Positions 10,428 through 19,929 of a DNA stretch of 56,129 nt are shown here, piece after piece. The notes beneath the pieces are model-generated. The model made no database searches, was not told the origin of the DNA, and was given only the letters and a program-made list of their open reading frames with translations. Position 1 is the stretch's first letter. The number at the start of each line of letters is the position of its first letter. Both the position numbers and the translations under genes were made by a program. Source of the stretch: Alloascoidea hylecoeti (taxonomy: Eukaryota); the NCBI GenBank assembly GCA_001600815.1, contig BCKZ01000001.1, positions 1,769,389 through 1,825,517 on the forward strand, read 5' to 3'.

Positions 10428-12685
10428 CCCCCAAAAAAACGCTTTTCGAAACGGAAAACATCTGGAATTCAGAATTACTGTGTAATCCTACCTTCTACGA
10501 TCCGTACTTTTCCAAAATTCCCTGATCTAAGAAAATATAACATGCTTCAGCCGTGCTTTATGCAGTTTCTGGTAATAATAACAGCATGTCATGCATGCTT
10601 AACCTTAGAACCACAGAAACATTAGGACCTTAAATCCTCATTACGCGTTTACGGGAACAGTTCTGCTCCGATATCCAGCCAGCACGTGTGCAAGGCTTAG
10701 ATTTCCTCGCTAAATCTCGTATCTTCCGTCAGGATCACTTACAAGTTACCATGACTTTTCTTATTCTTTGAATCATATATTTCACTTTTCAAGAAACTGT
10801 TTAGCTTGTCAATGTTAGCTCGATGTGCAACGTTCTTATGTCGTAGCAACTGAGTTATCAGCAACGTGAATGATTCTACCCATCATATTTCAATAATCAT
10901 TCTCTATATAGGCATCATTATTTAAGCACAACGCTAGCAGCCGTGTTATCGTATATGTGCATGGTTGTGCATGTTTCATGGTTAAGATATAATTAATCAG
11001 AAAATCCAATACTCGGATCCGGATCTTCTTCGGCAATTTGTATATATTAACATAAAAATAATACACGATAGCTTTCAATAACAAAATCAAACAAAAATTG
11101 AATATATATATATTAATCTTGGCGGTTTACTTATTGAACAAAACAACTCTTTTAGTCTAATGAGTATTTATGCATATGTGTAATTGCTAGATATCGATGA
11201 CATCATCGCTTATTTAATTGTTATAACACAAAATCCTCTCGTAGCACAAGCCTATAGCTATACTTTTGCTTAATTTGGTTATCTATTCAAGTCGAGAAGC
11301 CATGATGGAAATGATGACTTCTAGATTACTTTGTATCCTTTACATTTATAGCTCTAGCTATGTCGTTTCCATTTAATTTCGTATCAAAATATATCCTTTA
11401 AAGGTAACTAGCCTGAGGACAACTTATTGGTAGAAGTATGGAAATGTATTGGCACGACAAATACTTAAATGGATAATAATTATAATTTGCAAAATTTTCA
11501 ATTTTTTATGAATTTTTTTTCCAACTTCAATATTATAAGACATTTTGATAATTAATTTTAAGATTTTGTTTGTGATAACAATTACGCGGACCATAAAAAC
11601 TAAAATATTTTTTTAAAATTTAACGAAATTATTTGTTTATATATAAAATGTACCCATCTTTGGTGAGACACGGAAGAATCTGGTAGTTATTTTTTAAATA
11701 GAAGTTTTTGGTGTCGCTTACCAGGTGGAATATGTCGCGATCGTAAAGAGGGAGATAATACACCATTTCCACGATTTCATCAATGTTAAGAATAGGTACA
11801 ATCTTGAAAAACCCCTCGCACCTGAATGAACTCCACCCATATGCAGTTAAAGTTTTCCATTAAGTGCTTTGCGTGGCTCTGGTATATCTATGAAGTAACG
11901 CCGATAAGACTCAAAACACACATATGCTGATGAGCAGCCTCATCAGAAATCGAATATTCGCCCACGAAATCGGCCAATCATTTCATATTTTGTTTATTAT
12001 ATTCAATCGATATATGAAAGGCTCGCTAAAGAGGTTGATAAAAAAAATATGAAGTGGTTAGCCGATTTCCAGGAAAGAACCAGAATTAAAGAGAGATGAT
12101 TGACGTATATCAACTTCTATATTTAAAGGTGATTCGAATAATGACGTTGGGCTATCTCGTATGGGTACATAATACATATTATGTTTTCTTTATCGCAGGA
12201 AATCATGGTCCACAAAAAGTCATATTCACGCGCTGGTATCGTCTTACTCACTGGATTACTGGTTATATTTCCTATGAAACAATACTGGGAAACTTGCCCT
12301 AACAATGAGGTATAAGTTTCTATTTATCTATATGTAGGTAATCCCCCAGACCCCAAACATCCAATAATCACAGACAAATTTAAACAATCAAATACAAACT
12401 ACAAATAAACTCAAGGATGCTTAGTTTCAGACAAGCAAATTAAAAGTGGTGAGTATCAATGAAAAAAACTTAGGCTAGAAAGTGGTTCTTCCAATAGAAG
12501 AGACATAGACAGTATTCTCATCATAATTTGGTGCACCAAAGGTATTGAAATAAATCACAAAATATTGCTATTAAATCTGCCTCGAAGATATAGGAGGTTG
12601 AACAAACTTACGTTGAAATTTAATCACATGACTAACTGCATAACTACTTAATTCTATACTGCTGAAATTTTCAAACAATATCATT

Positions 12686-13677
12686 ATGACATTCCAAAAT
12701 GATATTTCGTCACTATTAAGACAAGCAAGATCTAAGATTAAGTTGAAGTGCCCGTTAGTTTTTAAAAGGTCCTACAATAAAAAAAAATCATCAGCTTCCT
12801 CTTCACGTTGGATAAACAGATCGCATCAAGATTATTACATAAGGGAAGCCCAATCGCAAAATTATAGATCGAGAGCTGCCTTTAAATTAATTCAGTTGGA
12901 TGATAAATTCAAACTTTTTAAAGGGGGTCAAAATGTATTAGATTTGGTATGCTATAAACTATTCTATCTAATACGATTATCAATTGACTGACAGAATTAT
13001 GATATAACTAGGGATATGCTCCTGGTGCCTGGACCCAAGTAGCAGTTTCAAAAACCCAACCTGAGGGCATTATATTAGGTCTAGACATACTACCTAATTC
13101 TCCGCCTCCTGGATCAAGCGCTCTAAAAGCGAATATCTTTTCTGGTGTTACTCCTGACATGATTAGACAATTTTTCCATTCTCCTTTGAATTCGGGAGTG
13201 CCGGGGATACTTTCCACTCCAATGATCAAGGGTGATTCCGATCCATTACAATCTAAAGAACAAGAGCATAATTCTAAAATACATTCTCAAGTAGAAAACG
13301 TAGAACTACAGCCTGATAACGCGAGCATTGTGCAATCTAGTGGAGACAGAAAATCAATGCAAAGATATCCTCTTGATAATGTATTAAGTGATTTAATGGC
13401 AAACACTTCTGGTATACCATCTCGTGATCATCTCTTAAGTATGAATCTATGTGAAGCAGCACTGGTTCTGGCAATTGAACTGCTTAAACCTGATGGTAAT
13501 TTTGTCTGTAAGTTTTTCACGGGAACAGAAGACAATGACTTGGAAAAACGAATCAGAAAAGTATTCCACAAAGTCCACAGAGTAAAACCAAAAGCTACGA
13601 GGTCAGAATCGAGGGAGATGTATTTTGTGGGATTAAAAAGGAAGAAGGAAGTCAAATTAAATAATGTATTTGGGTAA
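12686..13677 (+). CDS. MRM2: Mitochondrial rRNA 2'-O-methyltransferase (FtsJ/RrmJ family), 2 exons, ~308 aa
   Basis: Intron 12947-13011 (GTATGC..GACTGAC..TAG) joins VLDL to GYAPGAWTQV. Motifs YRSRAAFKL, VLSDLM, VCKFF and SESREMY give the K-D-K-E tetrad. Basic presequence-like N-terminus. Confidence 0.93.
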
Positions 13678-13829
13678 CATCAATATATGTTGGTATTAAG
13701 TTTACACATAGTGTGTATAATTGCGTCTGACTAGATTTCTTTCGTCATGTTACCCTACTTAATTGAAATTCAAACCTTTAGCCAATCTGACTGAATGAGA
13801 TTCCGGAGAGTGAGCTCTTCAACTCTAGA

Positions 13830-15548
13830 ATGGTTCATTTTCTTATCAAGCTTGGTAATTACCCAAGAACTCTGGCATTATCGCTTCCAAATCGGAGGCT
13901 TTATGTGACTTCTTTACTAGACGTCTCCAAAGATGATGTTGAAAATCTTGAGCCAATATTACAGAAAAAGTCATCCATAAAAGCAAAATATATACAACCA
14001 AAATGTGATACAAAACCTTCAAGTCTGCCGTTTAAATATGAGAGTATAACTGGAATTGCTCAGACATCTTATTTTCCATTTTTGGAGTCCAATTTTCTAC
14101 AACTAAATGAACAAGAAGTGAATTCTGAATCTTTAGAGGGTACAATTTATAATTCTCAATCTGTTAATAAGAATATAGGCTCCTTGTTGGATATAAATCT
14201 ACCTTTACAAAAACTTTTTATAAAGTTTCAAAAACTGAGCGCTTCGCAACGTGCTTTAATCACTCGAGATCAGTATTCAAAATTATTCTTAAGAATTGAA
14301 CCTACAATGTTATATGATCCAGATGATTCTCGACAACGGTCATTTGTAAGAAAGGATGCCAATGATGTGTCTCGTTTGATTCTTCGACTTAAGAAAAATA
14401 TTGAATATTTTTATGATGGTCTCAATCAGAATGAATATTTTCATTTAATGAAGTTTTTCTATGGTATAAGTGATTTTAAAAACACTACAAAAATATTTGA
14501 GAATGAGATTTTAAAGTCCGGCGCTAAAATAACAGATATTAGATTATGGAATTTATATATGAAATGTGTAAGTGGTGGAATAATCAGATATTGGAAATTT
14601 AATGGGAAGTATATCGGAGGATATCAACCGTATGGTGTATTCCCTCCTAAGAAAAAGCAAGACTATGATGCTGATGAATATAATGCTGAAGGGTACAGAA
14701 ACCCATTATCAATAATGAAACAAATTGTTGGACGGAATGAATGTGATCCAACATTAGAAATTTATGAAGGATTAATTCTTGCCCTGGGATTTCAAAGGAA
14801 TGTTGAAAGCATTAATTCTATAATTCAAACGATTTGGGGTATCAATGTAAATGAAGTTCTCAAGAGTCATGCCTTAAACTGTGAACCTGAATCGGAATCT
14901 GAAGTCTATTCTAATAGTCACGAAATTCCAACAGAAGGTTCAATAATGTACCCAAGAACATATACACTTAGCTGTATCGTCAATGCTTATTCGGTAAACA
15001 ATAGATTTACAGATTCTCTGTATATCCTCGATGAATTCACTTCTTCTTACAAATTTAATTTGAAAAATAACTCATTCTGGATGACAATGCTAAGGTGGGA
15101 ATTGCTCAACCTTCCTTCTGGTACCAAAAAAAATTTAGAGAGTCGAGTATGGCCAATGATAGTTAAAATTTATAATTCTCCACCTTATGGATTATTTAAG
15201 CGGTATCATGATTATCTCTCAGCAACGAAAAATGAAACCAAACTTTTACAACTGATGGAAACAATCTACTCACAAGATAAAATCGCGGAAAATCTTAACA
15301 AGGAACAAAAAACTGAACTGATACATATGTTTTTAAAGAGAGTTGTTAACATTGTTTCTCGACAAAAATATCATCCAATGTATAATAAAGAGATTTACCT
15401 TAAAGTATATAATATAATAGAATACTGGAAGGAAAAAGAACCAAGCTTGTCGAATGATGATTGGTATTTTTTCATGTTGAAACAACGAGGACTTTGGAAA
15501 GACAGATATACACCACATTGGGAATTAGAAACACAGAGAAGACAGTGA
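13830..15548 (+). CDS. AEP2: Mitochondrial ATPase expression protein (ATP13 domain, PPR-like), 572 aa
   Basis: The segment IQTIWGINV...GSIMYPRTYTLSCIVNAYSVNN...LDEFTSSY...FWMTMLRW matches the ATP13-domain pattern. PPR-like helices upstream; presequence-like N-terminus. Confidence 0.72.
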   Translation: MVHFLIKLGNYPRTLALSLPNRRLYVTSLLDVSKDDVENLEPILQKKSSIKAKYIQPKCDTKPSSLPFKYESITGIAQTSYFPFLESNFLQLNEQEVNSESLEGTIYNSQSVNKNIGSLLDINLPLQKLFIKFQKLSASQRALITRDQYSKLFLRIEPTMLYDPDDSRQRSFVRKDANDVSRLILRLKKNIEYFYDGLNQNEYFHLMKFFYGISDFKNTTKIFENEILKSGAKITDIRLWNLYMKCVSGGIIRYWKFNGKYIGGYQPYGVFPPKKKQDYDADEYNAEGYRNPLSIMKQIVGRNECDPTLEIYEGLILALGFQRNVESINSIIQTIWGINVNEVLKSHALNCEPESESEVYSNSHEIPTEGSIMYPRTYTLSCIVNAYSVNNRFTDSLYILDEFTSSYKFNLKNNSFWMTMLRWELLNLPSGTKKNLESRVWPMIVKIYNSPPYGLFKRYHDYLSATKNETKLLQLMETIYSQDKIAENLNKEQKTELIHMFLKRVVNIVSRQKYHPMYNKEIYLKVYNIIEYWKEKEPSLSNDDWYFFMLKQRGLWKDRYTPHWELETQRRQ

Positions 15549-16824
15549 TGTATAATTATGATAACCTGTATAAATAAAAAAGTACTTGTAAGCTAATATT
15601 TCAATTAACATAATTGTTCAAAGCATTCATTAAAATATAGAATCAATTAAATACAGTAAGTTAGCTATAGTGATATTCTTGCAAAAGTTGTTTAGAACTT
15701 CTCACTTTGCTATAACTGTATTTTAAAACTATACATCGCTCATTAATTGAAAAACTATTAAATTTCATTTTATCTAGTTTAATTCACTTCGACCTTTGAG
15801 AGTAAAATTTAAATATGAGCAAATTACAATATCGTATTTCAGCAGAGATATATTTACATGTATATGGTATACCCGAACCACCCCGTTTAATTACTCCAAA
15901 TGGAAAATTTTGGACTTGAGAGGATATTTGTCTTGATAGTCTCGATCATATAGTCTATACATATCGACACAGTACCACAGTGCAGTCGTTCTCAACCCGT
16001 TTCGTTGAGTGATATCTTTTTTATGTCGATTATAATGAAATGACAAAATATTCTTTTGATATAATACAAAAATTAAAGAACTGACACAATGAATGTTTCA
16101 ATCGTTCTTCCAAAGTTAATTGCAATGACATTGTTAGGAAACTATTCTATGTATTGTTTGACAGAAATAATAATTGATGACAATAGAAAATGAGTATATG
16201 GTTATAGCGGTGACTGGATATCTTTATTTGAAATGGAATTCAGAAGACTTCAGTTGCTGTCAGGTTCTAGTCCCTTTTACTCAACTGCTATAGTTTCTCA
16301 TGGAAACCTACAGTACTGTAAGCTTAATAGGTCGAACCCATGTCTAAGAGCTGAGCCTATCCTATTAAGCTTAAGGTGTCCGAGAAACTAAAATTTTGCT
16401 ATATTGTGTAGCTTGAGCTTATTACCGATCGTATTCTTTGTCTAACAAGTCAAATATAGTAGATACACACCTACAAGATAGAAGCCGAAGATTGGAATTA
16501 AATCTCAATTGTAGAAAAGACAAAATAAGTGAAGTAGAATCGATTATTAAGGTACCACAGGACCGTGAGACTCTTGAGTAACTTCTTGTATTTTTACTAA
16601 ATAGACCTGGGGGAAGATTCGGGCATGATTAAAGAGTTACGCAAAGAATTCTTGAAAATATACAAAAATCAGCTGGATTTTTACAGTAAATACCGGCTAA
16701 TTTTAAAGTTACAATTATTATGATTTTATGTTATAAGAATGTCTCTTTTTGAGTAGTTTTTCCTATCTAATTAATTATAAACACTAGAGGATGATCAGTA
16801 ATCAAAAAATATGATATGGTACGA

Positions 16825-18283
16825 TTAGCCTAATAAATATGAATTGACAGCTAATAAAGTAGCACGACTTGGATTCACCTTTCTAAATTCTAAAATTTTA
16901 ACTAACCATTTTCGAATAATTAGTTTTGACGCATTAGAATAATTACTCAAGTTAAATTGACCACTTTCTAAATCATAATATTTTGATAATAAAACTAATG
17001 CAATTCCAACTGAAATATCTGATCCACAATTACATAATATTAGAGTTTTCTTTGATTTAATTCCCTTTGATTCAATACTTCTGACAATATTAGGTAAAGC
17101 ATGTCTTAATAATTTAGAACCTTTTTTATCACATGAAAGTGATAAAATTTGAATATAATCTGGTTTTTTATCTAAATTTTTGGCGATATCAATTTCATCA
17201 ATTCCTGAATCTGTTACAACTATTAAAACTTCAAATTCAGAATTTGATTCCAGCTGTTGACCTTTTTCATATTTCCCTATTGATATATTTGTTGATGATA
17301 TATTAGATATATCCAAATTTTTAGGAGCATCATTATATCCATGGTTTTTTTTACCACAATTTATAATTAATTGATATAATTGTTCATCGCTAAAATCAAT
17401 ACTGCCAAATTCTTTTAAATTTTCCCAAAATTCATTTGGATCAAGTTTACCTGCCCATTCTTCATGATCATCAGCCGCTCCTTGAACATAGGTATATCCT
17501 TGTCTTGATTCTTGACCATCTTGAACCATTTTAGAAGCTGTGCATAATATGACTGGATAAAAATCTTTAAATACAGGTTTTGAATCATCATCGTTATAAG
17601 GCAAATAAGCACTAGGATACACCCATAGTGGTCTTAGTGGTTTATCAAGTTTTTGTTTTAAAGCATCAATATTAACACCACAATTTATGAATTTTTCTCT
17701 CCATTGTATAATTTTCATCTTTATTTGTTCATTTTCTGATCTTGAAACTGTTTCTGGAGAAGTAAATAGCAAATCTTCATCATTCGTCTCAAATAATGTC
17801 GCATTGATAACTGCACACCAAATAGGTATTGTTTTCGAAAAAGAATCAGGCATTTTTTTACCTCTTCTTGTTGAATCAACAATAATTATACCATTATTTT
17901 TTAAAATTTCATCTATAATATGTAAATTTAACCTTCGTGTACTGAAATCCCATTGTGTTGTATGACCATCTGTACTTTTAAAGTAAACGGTTTCTGCACG
18001 TTTTGATGGAGGAATATACCATAATCCACACCTTTCATTAGCTATAAAAAATGAGGTTAGAAACAAATATTAAAGAGAGAAAGAAAAATAAAAAGGCTTT
18101 ACCAATTAAAGGAAGATCATATGCTTCCCCAACTTCTTGAACAAATTTAGAATCAGATAAGATTGATTGAAATCGATTCTTTAAACTTCTTGAATCTTTT
18201 TTAATTTCTTTTAAAATATTACCAAATTCTTTTTTATTTGGAAGAATCTTTAAATCTTGTATATCTTGATTAAATATAGACAT
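16825..18283 (-). CDS. RIT1: Initiator tRNA A64 2'-O-ribosylphosphate transferase, 2 exons, ~465 aa
   Basis: Intron 18102-18042 (GTAAAG..TCTAAC..TAG) restores LPLIANERCGLWY. Motifs YFKSTDGH, IVDSTRRGKKMPDSFSKTIPIWCAVIN, YVQGAADDHEEW and NPSRATL. Confidence 0.95.
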
Positions 18284-18904
18284 GGTAATAGGATATTACG
18301 TATTATTATATTAAAATTGAAAAAGCGACATGAAACTTCTCAACACCTGAATAATAGAAAAATGTCGGTGAGCATGCAAAATTAATTCGCCACCTGCAAC
18401 AACCAACAATTCACCATTCATTACAAAATATTTCGCTTAATGTATCGCTTACTGCAAACATTATAACTGACAGGACTGAATGGCGGATCTAGGGAAGTGG
18501 CATGAAATAATCTATCACCAAGCTAGGAACACACGAGAGAGGGAGCAGAGACTATGAACACCAATCTAAACTATATAACGGTATAATTGAGAGCATGCGT
18601 AGAAACCAGAACTAGTATGTCGACCTAGTGTAGTGTCTTTTATATCTTTTCAATAAATTAAATCTCTATATTTTTCAGCATTTGTTATTGAACTATTCAT
18701 ATGGTTATGGAGTATGGTGTAGTAGACAAAGCATAGGCCTACATTGTAGAAATAAGCCAATTTTCATTGGTTTCGGATAGCTAATAGTATTAATCTTGTA
18801 TTTCTGCACCCGTCATTACTTAGTGACTTCACCTTAAATGCGATGTTAAAGAATTGAAAAAAATATATATGAGTGTTCTTCCTAGTCATAATTATTGATA
18901 TATG

Positions 18905-18940
18905 GAAACAGTTGAAACAATTGAAACAATTGAAACAATT
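18905..18940 (+). repeat. 9-bp tandem repeat (GAAACAATT)x4
   Basis: gaaacagtt gaaacaatt gaaacaatt gaaacaatt, read directly. Confidence 0.8.
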
Positions 18941-19025
18941 TCTAGATCTATACCGGTATATGGCATATTATATGCACATCTGTAGCAATTGGAAACATGT
19001 TAACTTCTATCGTTTACGGGTAAGA

Positions 19026-19796
19026 TTATCGTACTCTGATCAGATTATTTACAGTCATATATTGTGATAGAAATAACCATCCATAACGAAACCAAACCAT
19101 TTGAGAAACATGACCAGTTTTCATTACTTCAACTGCTTTCCAGAATCCATTCGTAGTACCAATTATTTTAGTTCTATTAGAAGTTTTCAAGCATCCAGTC
19201 TTTCCAATTATATTGAAATATATCTTCTCTATAAAAGAGGTATACTTGAGATAAATGGGAACAGATTCCAATTGCCATACTCGAATATTGTTTTGTTTTT
19301 CGGTGTTTAATTTAGAATACCATTCCAATATACCATTACTGACTGCTATATGATTTGCATGGCCCGATACACCTCCTTCATCGAATGTAATTATATCTAG
19401 TTGATCCTCCAATTTTATATGATCATTCAGCTTCGCTGCAATATACGATATGTTCCAATAGACATCCATAGCATCCTGTAAGTTTGGATCATCCCAAACG
19501 GTGACTTGTATAGGTGAAATACCGTACTGAGAGGCTGCCTTTACCAACTCTCCAGCCCGTACACTCCCCAGACCATCGGCATCTCCAATAGACATGCACA
19601 AAAGAGACATATCGCTTGGAGTTGTTGTTGTCGTCGTTATGAAAGGTGCAAAAAACATCGACTCGTCATCTGGATGGGCAAAAATAAGCAGTTTTTTCGT
19701 AAAACCACAGTCTTTCAGTGAAACAGTAACGCTCTCCATTTTAGAGAAAAACGCGAACAGCAATGTAGCCATCACGACCACAGTCAAAGCCAACAT
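19026..19796 (-). CDS. GPI12: GlcNAc-PI de-N-acetylase (PIG-L), ~256 aa
   Basis: Motifs FAHPDDESMFF, ITFDEGGVSGHANH and HVSQMVWFR. Likely start is the ATG at 19796, which begins the hydrophobic anchor MLALTVVVMATLLFAFF. Confidence 0.93.
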   Translation of the reverse strand: MLALTVVVMATLLFAFFSKMESVTVSLKDCGFTKKLLIFAHPDDESMFFAPFITTTTTTPSDMSLLCMSIGDADGLGSVRAGELVKAASQYGISPIQVTVWDDPNLQDAMDVYWNISYIAAKLNDHIKLEDQLDIITFDEGGVSGHANHIAVSNGILEWYSKLNTEKQNNIRVWQLESVPIYLKYTSFIEKIYFNIIGKTGCLKTSNRTKIIGTTNGFWKAVEVMKTGHVSQMVWFRYGWLFLSQYMTVNNLIRVR

Positions 19797-19929
19797 CAAA
19801 GAAAAAACCCGTGAAGCTGGACAAAGAAGGTGTAAAACACGGATACCGAGTACACCCGTGCACCTTCCACACAACCATCAGATAAATTTGTTATTTCTTT
19901 TTCTATTTATATCCTACCAGAAGCCAAAT

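Noticed and set aside
11927..11950. CTGATGA...GAAA hammerhead-like core
   Set aside because: No stem II can form between the core elements; it is a simple 8-bp hairpin.
19594..19929. N-terminal 112 aa of the 1100-aa ORF and the GTG-started extension of GPI12, suggesting overlapping genes
   Set aside because: Mutual antisense read-through; the recognisable proteins begin at 19930 (+) and 19796 (-).
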